Positions 1-8,091 of a stretch of DNA of 43,507 nt are shown in pieces (position 1 is the first letter of the stretch; every line of letters starts with the position of its first letter). Made by a program: the position numbers and the translations under genes. The notes beneath the pieces are model-generated. The model was given only the letters and a program-made list of their open reading frames with translations, ran no database searches and had not been told where the DNA came from. The stretch spans positions 1 to 43,507 of the IMG/VR virus record IMGVR_UViG_3300031453_000004; one strand, given 5' to 3'. This stretch comes from a virus (Duplodnaviria; Caudoviricetes).

Positions 1-156
1 CAGCGCCAGGGCCTCGGTCAACGTGGACTTGCCCGCGTCGGGGTGGCTGATGACCGCAAAGGTGCGCCTGCGGGCGACCTCACGACCCACAGTCGCCTCG
101 GCGCGGTTGCCGCCGACGGGCGCCTCGGTGGTCGGGGCGGAGGGAGTCTGCGTCAC
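1..156 (-). CDS. prfC: Peptide chain release factor 3, N-terminal part (host gene, truncated by window edge)
   Basis: Minus strand from GTG at 156 reads VTQTPS...[27 protein letters not shown], the RF3 G1 motif. AAGGA RBS lies upstream. Confidence 0.93.
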   Translation of the reverse strand, partial: MTQTPSAPTTEAPVGGNRAEATVGREVARRRTFAVISHPDAGKSTLTEALAL

Positions 157-244
157 GGGTGGTCCTTATCGAGTGGGGAGAACTCCAGGGTATCCGCCCG
201 CAGGTCGTCCTGAGCCGGTGCAGACGCCCCCGGAAGCCGCCACC

Positions 245-250
245 TATGAT
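245..250 (+). promoter_or_regulatory. Host -10 element (TATGAT), probably the native leaderless promoter of the FAAL gene
   Basis: TANNNT hexamer 7 nt before the GTG at 258, which in reconstructed attB is the FAAL start codon. Confidence 0.55.
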
Positions 251-251
251 A

Positions 252-545
252 TTACTCGTGAGTATGTACCCCGTTAGCGCCCTCATTCGGCCCTGCCGGG
301 TGGGGCAGGTTTCCTGCCTCTAGCCACTCCAGCGGCACGCCGGTCCGCAGTGCCCAGAGGCGCAGCGTCTGCTTGTTCGGCTTGATGTGGTCGCCGGTCC
401 ATGTGCTGATGGTCGAGATCCCCACGTCTAGGTATTTCGCCATCGTCTTGCGGCTTACTCCTGCCGCTTTCATGCTCTTGCCCATCCGGTCACCGAGTGT
501 CCAGTCGGGGATGCCAGTGATCGCGGTTGCGGTCTGTTCGCTCAT
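252..545 (-). CDS. Immunity repressor (XRE HTH), prophage form, 97 aa; stop codon supplied by host DNA
   Basis: WTLGDRMGKS...GVSRKTMAKYLDVGISTISTW...WALRTGVPLEWL HTH, divergent from cro. The ORF crosses the att core and stops at TAA 252-254. Confidence 0.88.
   Translation of the reverse strand: MSEQTATAITGIPDWTLGDRMGKSMKAAGVSRKTMAKYLDVGISTISTWTGDHIKPNKQTLRLWALRTGVPLEWLEAGNLPHPAGPNEGANGVHTHE
256..267 (+). repeat. attL core TCGTGAGTATGT
   Basis: Exact 12-bp direct repeat with 42544-42555, at the host/phage boundaries. Confidence 0.9.
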
Positions 546-653
546 GCATTGAGCATTGCACACCGTGCGTCACATGCGCAACGTCTAGCCGCCACGTTCG
601 ACGCACCTGCTCGTTCTCTTGCGGTTCGTCAGACATTGTGCGATGCTTAGACT
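546..653. promoter_or_regulatory. Divergent rep/cro control region
   Basis: TTGCG(G/C)-N17/18-(G/A)ATGCT-N6-ATG on both strands; no SD sequences. Confidence 0.55.
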
Positions 654-854
654 ATGGCAAACACCGACGAGTTGATCGGGACTGCCGCTGCCTGCCGACT
701 ACTAGATCTGGACAAGAGCACCCTCACCCGCTGGGCGATCGACGGAACGATCACCCCCGCACTCAAACTGCCGGGCCGCAACGGGGCACTTCTCTTCCAC
801 CTCGCCGACATCGAGGCGATCCGTGAGGCACGCGACAGCGCACCCGCAGCCTGA
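654..854 (+). CDS. Cro/excisionase-like HTH protein (HTH_17 type)
   Basis: LIGTAAACRLLDLDKSTLTRWAIDGTI...ALLFHLADIE; first rightward gene after the repressor. Confidence 0.8.
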   Translation: MANTDELIGTAAACRLLDLDKSTLTRWAIDGTITPALKLPGRNGALLFHLADIEAIREARDSAPAA

Positions 855-863
855 CCACAAAGA

Positions 864-891
864 AGCCCCCGGTGCAGGAACACCGAGGGCT
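864..891 (+). terminator. GC-rich stem-loop after cro (terminator or antitermination element)
   Basis: AGCCC(C)CGGTG-caggaa-CACCG(A)GGGCT; no U-tract. Confidence 0.4.
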
Positions 892-914
892 GAGACCAAC
901 AAGGAGAGCATCCC

Positions 915-1640
915 GTGATCAAGACACAGAATACCACGACCGACCTGCGCCACCTTCCCGCCCACGCAGCCGCCCTCATCCAGCGTGTGGGATGGACGCA
1001 AGGCACCGAACGCGACGACGCAGGCCGCGTCTGCCTCACAGGGGCGCTCAAATACTGCAATCCGCAACCTGGCGACTGGCTACTCGCCCGCGAGGTGTTC
1101 CGGGCCAAGCATCGTGCGGAGGGCTGGAACGACGCCAGCGAGCGCACGTGCGACGAGGTGGTCGAGCTGCTTCGTTCGACGGAAATCACCGATGTGGAGC
1201 TGGCGCAGACATTCGGACCGTCGTGGGAGACGGTGGTAGCTCTGGTACGCACAGCCGCCACGATCACCCCACAGCAGGTGCTCGATCTGGATGCGACGTG
1301 GGGTGCGACGTGGGGTGCGACGTGGGATGCGACGTGGGATGCGGCGCGGGGTGCGGCGTGGGATGCGGCGTGGGATGCGACGTGGGGTGCGACGTGGGGT
1401 GCGACGTGGGATGCGACGTGGGATGCGGCGCGGGGTGCGGCGCGGGGTGCGGCGTGGGGTGCGACGTGGGGTGCGGCGTGGGGTGCGACGTGGGGTGCGA
1501 CGTGGGGTGCGGTCACCCGAGACCTCATCGGCCAGCACGGCTACATCCAAGAGCACTACGACACGTTGACGAGACCGTGGCGCGAAGCAGTCGGCCGGCT
1601 GCACCCAGATGACGCGGAGCTGCGGGGCGCAGCGACATGA
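915..1640 (+). CDS. Phage protein: DUF6197-like N-terminal domain plus tetrapeptide repeat tract
   Basis: AAGGAG RBS; GWTQG...CLTGAL...WND..RT..EVV motif; (D/G)A(T/A)(W/R) repeats. Confidence 0.7.
   Translation: MIKTQNTTTDLRHLPAHAAALIQRVGWTQGTERDDAGRVCLTGALKYCNPQPGDWLLAREVFRAKHRAEGWNDASERTCDEVVELLRSTEITDVELAQTFGPSWETVVALVRTAATITPQQVLDLDATWGATWGATWDATWDAARGAAWDAAWDATWGATWGATWDATWDAARGAARGAAWGATWGAAWGATWGATWGAVTRDLIGQHGYIQEHYDTLTRPWREAVGRLHPDDAELRGAAT
1290..1511 (+). repeat. 18.5 tandem 12-bp units G(A/G)TGCG(A/G)CG(T/C)GG
   Basis: Read directly from the sequence; in frame with ORF 915-1640. Confidence 0.95.
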
Positions 1641-1702
1641 CCACCACCGCGCTGCCAACCACCCGGATGTTCCACGAGGTCCGAGACCAGGATCGCGCAT
1701 GA
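1637..1702 (+). CDS. 21-aa mini-ORF (MTTTALPTTRMFHEVRDQDRA)
   Basis: ATGA overlaps with both neighbours. Confidence 0.5.
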   Translation: MTTTALPTTRMFHEVRDQDRA

Positions 1703-2517
1703 CCGACATCAAGCGGGACAGGTTTGGGCGCCCTCTCATCATCCCAGCCGAGGGTGGCAAGCCGGTCGGTTACACCCGCGCCTCAACCCTCGCCAAGAAG
1801 CTGGACGACCTCAACGGTCTGATCGCTTGGAAGCAACGGGTGACTGCCCTCGGGGTTGTGCAGGACCGGGAGGTGTATCAGCGGTTGTGTTCCATTGCCT
1901 CCACCGTCCCGGAGCCGTTGAAAGACAAGGACATCAAAGCCCAGTTCGTTTCGGTCGTGGAGGAAGCCTTCAAGGCTGGCGGTGGGGAGAAGGCCGCGGC
2001 CGCGGGCACCGCCTTGCACGAGTTGACCGAGTACGTGGATCGCCGCGAAACCCCGGCCTACGTGCCCGACGATCTGGCTCCGATCCTCGACTGCTACATC
2101 TGGGGCACCACCGCTTTGGAGCACGTCGCGATGGAGTTGTTCGTGGTCGTGGACGAGTTGAAGGTGGCGGGTTCGCTCGACCGCCTTGTCCGCCTGCCTG
2201 ATGGCCGGGTGGTGGTGGCCGACATCAAGACCGGCGCCGACGAACCGAAGTACGCCTCCGGCGTCACGACCCAGTGCGCGATCTACGCCCACGGTCAGCG
2301 GTACGACCCGGAGACCAGCGAACGCACCGAGCTGCACCCCGACCTGGACATAACCACCGGGCTGCTCATTCACCTACCGCTTGCCCCGGTGGACGGTGTG
2401 CAGGTCTGCACTCTCTGGGAACTGGACCTAGTTGCGGGGTGGGAACGAGCGCTCTTAGCCGCAACCGTGAGAGATGCCAAGAACATCGCCAGGCCGAAGA
2501 AAGCCAAGTTCCTATGA
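1699..2517 (+). CDS. PD-(D/E)XK exonuclease (RecB/Cas4-like recombination nuclease)
   Basis: GTALHELTE, E-LFVV...VAGSLDRL...VADIKTG...Q.AIY motifs. Confidence 0.85.
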   Translation: MTDIKRDRFGRPLIIPAEGGKPVGYTRASTLAKKLDDLNGLIAWKQRVTALGVVQDREVYQRLCSIASTVPEPLKDKDIKAQFVSVVEEAFKAGGGEKAAAAGTALHELTEYVDRRETPAYVPDDLAPILDCYIWGTTALEHVAMELFVVVDELKVAGSLDRLVRLPDGRVVVADIKTGADEPKYASGVTTQCAIYAHGQRYDPETSERTELHPDLDITTGLLIHLPLAPVDGVQVCTLWELDLVAGWERALLAATVRDAKNIARPKKAKFL

Positions 2518-3116
2518 AGCGGCACGAGTGCACTTTAGCTGGATGCTCCCGGACCACGAACCGGGTTCTGTACTGCAATTCGCACTACTCACGGGCTCGC
2601 AAGTACGGCTCCCCTGAATCTGGGCCTCCGATCCAGCCCATTCGGCTCAAGCCGGAGGAGATGTTCACTCATCACCTGGGGCCGATGCCGGACACCGACT
2701 CGTGCGTCGAGTGGCCTGCTACTCGGTTCAGTACGGGATACGGCAAGTTGTACGCCTCAGGGGCGAGTTACTCCACGCACAGGATCTCTTACGAAATCTT
2801 TCACGGGCTTATACCGGATGGGTACGTGGTCCGGCACTCCTGTGACAACCCGCCGTGCGTGAACCCGAGGCACCTGTTGGTAGGTACCACTAAGCAAAAC
2901 AATGGTGACTCCGTAAGGCGCGACCGGCACCAACGCGGGATGCGGCACACGCGCGCCAAGTTGACCGACCAACAAGTTCGGGAGATACGCGGGCGTTGGT
3001 GCTGTGGCGCCGCGAATCAGCCGCAGCTCGCGGCCAAGTTCGGGGTCGCGCAGACCACCATCAGCCAAATCGTCCGCGGCAAGTCGTGGAAGCATCTCGA
3101 CAGGAAGGCCGCCTGA
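2514..3116 (+). CDS. HNH homing endonuclease with C-terminal HTH
   Basis: HRISY...VRHSCDNPPCVNPRHL..GT...N; KLTDQQVREIR...LAAKFGVAQTTISQI. Confidence 0.88.
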   Translation: MKRHECTLAGCSRTTNRVLYCNSHYSRARKYGSPESGPPIQPIRLKPEEMFTHHLGPMPDTDSCVEWPATRFSTGYGKLYASGASYSTHRISYEIFHGLIPDGYVVRHSCDNPPCVNPRHLLVGTTKQNNGDSVRRDRHQRGMRHTRAKLTDQQVREIRGRWCCGAANQPQLAAKFGVAQTTISQIVRGKSWKHLDRKAA

Positions 3117-3694
3117 TGAGTTTCAACATGGACGGCTACGTCGACGTTGCGACCCGTATCGGCATTTTCCGCGACTCGCACCCCGAGGGGTCGTTGCAGC
3201 CCGCTGACAGTGCCACCCCGTACCGGATAGAGACCATCGAGGGCCAGACGTACATCGTCGTCGTGGCTGCTGCCTATCGATCCCCTGACGATCCTCGCCC
3301 TGGTGTGGGTATGGCCTATGAGGTGTTCCCCGGTAAGTCCAGCTTCACCAAGGGCTCGGAGTTGCAGAACGCTGAGACCTCCGCTTGGGGGCGGGCCATC
3401 GTTGCTGCCCTGGCCGCGGACACCAAGCCGGGTATCGCCTCCGCGGAGGAGGTCCGTAACCGGCAGGCCGAGCAGCCGACACCAAACCGCACACACGCCT
3501 CCCCGACAGTGGAGACGCCGGCGAGTGCAGCCCGTGACGAACTGCGGCAACTGTTGGTGGCCAAGGACATCCCGCTGGGTGAGGCGCTGGTCAAGTTCCG
3601 CGCCGCGCACGAAGGCGACGACCTGCCCACCACCACGAACGTGCCCGCCATCCGCGCCTTGATCGAGCACTACACAACGGAGGTGGCGTCGTGA
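3116..3694 (+). CDS. Putative single-strand annealing protein (Rad52/Sak-like)
   Basis: QNAETSAWGRAI motif; position next to the exonuclease; TGATG coupling. Confidence 0.5.
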   Translation: MSFNMDGYVDVATRIGIFRDSHPEGSLQPADSATPYRIETIEGQTYIVVVAAAYRSPDDPRPGVGMAYEVFPGKSSFTKGSELQNAETSAWGRAIVAALAADTKPGIASAEEVRNRQAEQPTPNRTHASPTVETPASAARDELRQLLVAKDIPLGEALVKFRAAHEGDDLPTTTNVPAIRALIEHYTTEVAS

Positions 3695-4638
3695 GTGTCA
3701 TCACGGGGACTCATCCATACGCCGACAAGTTCCCGGTGTTGCCTGAGTCGGAGTTGGCTGAGTTGGCTGAGTCGATCCGCGCCAACGGTCTGCGCTCAGC
3801 GGTGGTGCTCACCCCGGACGGCCTGATTCTTGACGGTCGCAACCGTCACGCCGCGTGCCAGCAGATCGGCGTGGAGCCGGAGACCGTCATCTACGAGGGT
3901 GCCGACCTGGCCGAGTACGTCATCGACTGCAACTCCACGCGCCGGAACATGTCCACCGGGGCGCGGGCGATGAGCACAGCGCTGGTGCTCGCCGAGGACG
4001 GTCGGCGGAATGACGGTCGTTGGAAGCGGGGCAGCGTCGGTATTGCACAATCATCAAATACTGAGTCGGCCTGGCAGACGTACCTGCATAAGAGCGGCAC
4101 TGTCCTCGACCACGCACCAGACCTCGCCCAGGACGTTGTTGACGGCATTCTCGCTCTCGACGCCGCTTACCATTCGGCCGTCCACAATCGCGACGCCGAA
4201 CGTAACCGCCTCGCGGAAGTTGAGCGGCTCGTAGCCGAGGAATCCGACGCTCGCACCTTCATCGAGGACACCGCCCCCGACCTCGCCGCGCAGGTAGGAG
4301 ACGACAGTCCGTTCCGCACCTACGTCGAAGCCCGTGACGTGTGGAACCGCCGCAACCGAGAAGAAGCCGCCCGGCTGAAAGCGGAGAAGGACGCGGAGGT
4401 ACGCCGCAAGGCCGAAGACGAGTCGGCCCTGGTCGATCTGTACTCCGGCATCGCACGCGGTCTTCAGATTCTCGGCGGGTACGGCGGGTACAACGACATT
4501 CCCAATCTTATGGCCGAGTTCTCCCCAGCGCGACTCAATCCACCGCAGTACGCCCGTGAGTACGAGCCCGAGAATCTTCGCAGAGTAGTCCGGTTTACCA
4601 ACACACTCATCGAATTGCAGGGGCATGACAATGACTGA
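3691..4638 (+). CDS. ParB/Srx N-terminal domain protein with helical C-terminus
   Basis: LAESIRANGL...ILDGRNRHAAC...N..RR motif. Confidence 0.8.
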   Translation: MSVITGTHPYADKFPVLPESELAELAESIRANGLRSAVVLTPDGLILDGRNRHAACQQIGVEPETVIYEGADLAEYVIDCNSTRRNMSTGARAMSTALVLAEDGRRNDGRWKRGSVGIAQSSNTESAWQTYLHKSGTVLDHAPDLAQDVVDGILALDAAYHSAVHNRDAERNRLAEVERLVAEESDARTFIEDTAPDLAAQVGDDSPFRTYVEARDVWNRRNREEAARLKAEKDAEVRRKAEDESALVDLYSGIARGLQILGGYGGYNDIPNLMAEFSPARLNPPQYAREYEPENLRRVVRFTNTLIELQGHDND

Positions 4639-5131
4639 CCGACAGTGGTTCATCGACCAGTACGACGCCGTTGTCGAGGAGTCGGGAGACGATGGTTCGG
4701 AACTAGACAAGACCAAGGACGTAGTTGCCCATGCTTATGCCGATGGCGTGGAGACGGAGGAGATCGAACGCTGGGCGACCAATCTCCTAGCTGAGGGACG
4801 TGCACTGTTCGATCAGATGGTCAAGCCTGAGCGCGACCGGCGTCGGAACGAGATGCGTAAGTCAGTGGAGTACCTACTTGACACTCTCGCAGACGGCACG
4901 GTTCTCGGTGTCAATGATCCGAAGTTGGACCTGTCCTATGCCATTGGCGACGGTCGAGACAAGTCGCTGCGCCTGTGGACGCAGGATGATTGGCAGTCCG
5001 CGACGACCGCTAGATACCGGAACGCGGCGCAGGTCACCAGGGCGGCTTCCACATTCGATGATGGCGCGACGAAGATTGTTCGCGCCATGCAGGTGCGTGA
5101 CGTGCGTAAGACCGGCGATCTGTTCACATGA
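4625..5131 (+). CDS. Hypothetical protein
   Basis: 168-aa ORF overlapping both neighbours. Confidence 0.7.
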   Translation: MTMTDRQWFIDQYDAVVEESGDDGSELDKTKDVVAHAYADGVETEEIERWATNLLAEGRALFDQMVKPERDRRRNEMRKSVEYLLDTLADGTVLGVNDPKLDLSYAIGDGRDKSLRLWTQDDWQSATTARYRNAAQVTRAASTFDDGATKIVRAMQVRDVRKTGDLFT

Positions 5132-5493
5132 CCGACACTGATGGCCTCGACCTGTACCGGGTCGTGCAGGAGCTCCGCTCCCTCTACGGGGGTGGTGGTC
5201 GCGCAGCGGTGGCACTCCGCGACGCCGAGGTGGTTCGCGGCCAGGCTGTGCGGACCCTGGAGGCCCGGAAAGCGCATCTGCGGGCCGAGGCGACCGGGAC
5301 CGTGCAGGCAAAGGACGACCATGCCCTGCTCGGATCGATGGAGCTGTGGGAAACCGCTGACGACGGGAAGGCAGCGGAGACGTACGCGAAGGCGATGGCC
5401 CGTGCGCATGAGTCGGATCAGAGCAACTTGCAGACGCAGGCCCGGTTGATCGAGCAGGCCATGCGGATCGCGGGAACGGGACACACACCGTGA
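5128..5493 (+). CDS. Hypothetical helical/coiled-coil protein
   Basis: ATGA/GTGA coupled ORF. Confidence 0.7.
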   Translation: MTDTDGLDLYRVVQELRSLYGGGGRAAVALRDAEVVRGQAVRTLEARKAHLRAEATGTVQAKDDHALLGSMELWETADDGKAAETYAKAMARAHESDQSNLQTQARLIEQAMRIAGTGHTP

Positions 5494-5726
5494 CCTACAC
5501 GGTGCTGAGAGTCGACCCTGTTGCTGTTGACCGGCATCTGTCCGGGGACCGGTCGGTGCATCTGCGGAACGGTGAGAAGCGGGCAGCCGCGGACATCGCG
5601 GTCCGGTGGAGGTGGGTGCCGTCCTTCTTCGCGGCCCGCACGGGGATGACTCGTGTTGCCGCTGACAAGGCTTTGGTGCGTGCCAGGCGGCGGCGGCGGG
5701 ACTACATGCAGGCGGTGGCGTCGTGA
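5490..5726 (+). CDS. Hypothetical basic protein, possibly DNA-binding
   Basis: GTGA coupled on both sides. Confidence 0.6.
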   Translation: MTYTVLRVDPVAVDRHLSGDRSVHLRNGEKRAAADIAVRWRWVPSFFAARTGMTRVAADKALVRARRRRRDYMQAVAS

Positions 5727-6160
5727 GCATCATCCGCTGCACACCTCTCAACCGCACCCGCGAGCTGGCCCGGACAGCGTTCCGGCCCCGCCAACCGAAA
5801 CCACCGAAACGCCGGCCACCGCTCAACCCTGAGGGCGCCGCGAAGGAAGCCGTAGCCCGAGCCCTGGTGCACATGCGCTCAGATCGACTCTGCGAGGTCT
5901 GCGGCATACGGCAGGCCACCAACGTTCACCACCGCAAGAACAGGTCGCAAGGCGGCACCTGGGCGGCCAGCAACCTACTCGACGTGTGCGGCTCGGGCAC
6001 CACCGGTTGCCACGGGCGGATCACCGACGACCACGACGGGACCGCGCACCGAAACGGGTGGACCTGCAAGTCGTTCGAGAACCCCGCTACCACACCGTGC
6101 CTGACCCGGAACGGCCGCGTGATCTTGCTCGACAACGGAGAGACGGAGACCGTGGGATGA
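5723..6160 (+). CDS. HNH endonuclease
   Basis: CEVCG...HHRKNRSQGG...SNLLDVC...CHG. Confidence 0.85.
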   Translation: MSIIRCTPLNRTRELARTAFRPRQPKPPKRRPPLNPEGAAKEAVARALVHMRSDRLCEVCGIRQATNVHHRKNRSQGGTWAASNLLDVCGSGTTGCHGRITDDHDGTAHRNGWTCKSFENPATTPCLTRNGRVILLDNGETETVG

Positions 6161-6966
6161 GTTTCAAGGCTACATCGTGGGCGCTCAACGACGCACCGGT
6201 AGACAGCCCCGTGCTCATGGCAGTGTTAATGGCAATGGCTGAGCGCGCCAATGATGACGGCACAGAGTGCCGACAAAGCATCACAACCATTGCCATGAAG
6301 GCAAGGGTGTCTTACCGGTCGGTGCAACGCCATATCAAGACGCTACTCAACCAGGGTGTCATCGTTCTCGGCGATCAAACACTCGCCGGGCACCACCGTG
6401 CGGACCATAGGCCAGTGGTCTACGACCTTCAGATGCACCTAACACGGGGTGACAGCTTGTCACCCCGTGACGGGGTGACAACAGTGGCACGGGGTGACAG
6501 TGATGGTAACCACGGGGTGACAGCAGTGGCGCCACGGGGTGACAGCAGTGGTAACCACGGGGTGACACCTGTGGCCGACAATAAGTCCCTTGTTCTTCCT
6601 ACGGAAGAACAACCAGTCCGTGATATGTCCGAGAGAGAACGCGCGCCCGCAAACGGTCGCGGCTCACGGCTCCCCGCCAACTGGCAACCAAGCCGCAAAC
6701 TCATCGAACAGATGCACTCCGAATGCCCCGGCATTGATCTTGGTCTGGAAAACCGAAACTTCACGGACTGGTGGAAGAGCGCTCCTGGCCAACGCGGCCG
6801 CAAAGCGGACTGGGAAGCCACGTGGCGCGTATGGATGCGCAAGAGCTACGGCAGTCGCGTCGGTACTTCCCCGACTCGTCCTCGCCCATCGACAACCGAT
6901 GCCCGTGTTGCCGACGTCCAATCGCTGAAGAACTCGCCGGAATCAGCGCGAAAGGCACTGGCATGA
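6157..6966 (+). CDS. Replication initiator (N-terminal winged HTH, internal iterons)
   Basis: MSFKATSWA...SITTIAMKARVSYRSVQRHIKTL HTH; C-terminal F.DWW...DWEATWRVW domain; internal iteron array. Confidence 0.8.
   Translation: MSFKATSWALNDAPVDSPVLMAVLMAMAERANDDGTECRQSITTIAMKARVSYRSVQRHIKTLLNQGVIVLGDQTLAGHHRADHRPVVYDLQMHLTRGDSLSPRDGVTTVARGDSDGNHGVTAVAPRGDSSGNHGVTPVADNKSLVLPTEEQPVRDMSERERAPANGRGSRLPANWQPSRKLIEQMHSECPGIDLGLENRNFTDWWKSAPGQRGRKADWEATWRVWMRKSYGSRVGTSPTRPRPSTTDARVADVQSLKNSPESARKALA
6443..6612. repeat. Iteron array (probable phage origin)
   Basis: ACGGGGTGACA at 6444, 6470, 6489, 6512, 6534 and 6557, an inverted copy at 6458, then inverted repeat TTGTTCTTCC-tac-GGAAGAACAA (6590-6612). 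Confidence 0.8.
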
Positions 6967-7469
6967 ACCGAGATGATGTGATCGACATACTCACCGTCAT
7001 CACCGCCGGCGATCGGCGAACCGTGGGTGAAGCCGACGTCGCGCTGTGGCTCGGCACGATCGGTGATCTGCACAAGGCCGATGCCATTACCGCAGTAGGT
7101 CAACACTTCCGAACTTCGGAGAAATGGTTGATGCCGGTGCACCTGCGCACCCTGGCAATGGAAATCGCGAAGGACCGTTGGTTGCGCACAGACCCCGCAG
7201 AGCGAAACGAACTCGGGCAGCTCGACGCCGACGAACCCATGAATGAGGCTGCAGCCCCGGCGCGAGCTGCCGCCATCGGTGCGTTCTCTGGCCGCACCGG
7301 GCACTCCGGTGAGTGCTACGACACGTCGATTCACGTGCTGTGTCCGCGTTGCAAGGCCGAACCGGACACCTACTGCCGAAACCCAGTCAATGACAAAGCT
7401 GCACACCTGCCATGCCTAACCCGGCTTAAAGCCGCAGGCACCCCCACCTATCGAGAGGCAACCCGATGA
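6963..7469 (+). CDS. Putative helicase loader/inhibitor-like protein with C-terminal Zn finger
   Basis: Follows the initiator; D.RTVG..DV..W N-terminus; CPRC...C...H..R. Confidence 0.55.
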   Translation: MNRDDVIDILTVITAGDRRTVGEADVALWLGTIGDLHKADAITAVGQHFRTSEKWLMPVHLRTLAMEIAKDRWLRTDPAERNELGQLDADEPMNEAAAPARAAAIGAFSGRTGHSGECYDTSIHVLCPRCKAEPDTYCRNPVNDKAAHLPCLTRLKAAGTPTYREATR

Positions 7470-7855
7470 CTACCACCTTGCAAGCCTTGGACTGGCCGAC
7501 CCTGTTGGCCACCCCGCAAACCCGCTGGTACCTGGACCGCGGGCAGTGGGACCACCGTGATCCGTGGGAACCAGGGCAGTGCGTGTGGCAGGAAGACTGC
7601 CCCAACGTGGTTGTCGCCTACATCGAGTACCAGGTCGCCGCTTTGCCCGGCGACCCCCACAACACGGGTTTCGAAGCGGACGACTTGGTGTGCTCCAAGC
7701 ACCTTCCCGACATGATCGCCCACGCCCTTGAGGAACCCCTGGTAGCTGACACGGTGGTGGAGGTTGGGGTGGACCCCGCCTACCTCCGGTTGACCGGTGT
7801 GGACCCCGCTGTGGTGGCCCGGTTCAACGACCACGCTTTGGGTTGTGCGGCATGA
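7466..7855 (+). CDS. Hypothetical protein
   Basis: ATGA coupled; GAGG RBS. Confidence 0.65.
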   Translation: MTTTLQALDWPTLLATPQTRWYLDRGQWDHRDPWEPGQCVWQEDCPNVVVAYIEYQVAALPGDPHNTGFEADDLVCSKHLPDMIAHALEEPLVADTVVEVGVDPAYLRLTGVDPAVVARFNDHALGCAA

Positions 7856-8091
7856 GTACCCCAGACCTGGACGCCGTGCACATCCACGACAGCCGTTGCG
7901 ATTCCCTCAACCGCAGGTGTCCGGCCGATTCCACGTACTCCAAGCGCACCAAGCCATGCATGGCCACCGGCCCGATGTACGGCCCCAGCAATGAGCAAGC
8001 CAGGCCTGTCACATGCGGGCGGATGGCGCACGCCTCCGGTGAGCATGTCGGCTACGGAGACAGTTTTCGAATTGTCAGGTGGTCGGCGTGA
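7852..8091 (+). CDS. Hypothetical Cys/His-rich protein
   Basis: Coupled on both sides. Confidence 0.55.
   Translation: MSTPDLDAVHIHDSRCDSLNRRCPADSTYSKRTKPCMATGPMYGPSNEQARPVTCGRMAHASGEHVGYGDSFRIVRWSA

Noticed and set aside
160-300. tRNA or tmRNA at the attachment site
   Set aside because: No cloverleaf, T-loop GTTCGA or CCA end recognisable at either att junction.
1290-1511. Repeat tract as CRISPR array or DGR variable region
   Set aside because: Units are contiguous with no spacers and are in-frame coding. No cas operon, reverse transcriptase or template repeat was seen.
1699-2517. Cas4 as part of a CRISPR system
   Set aside because: No Fe-S cysteine cluster pattern or other cas genes; it sits in a phage recombination module.
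6443-6567. Spaced 11-bp repeats as a mini-CRISPR
   Set aside because: Repeats and gaps are far too short, and their position inside the initiator gene fits iterons.
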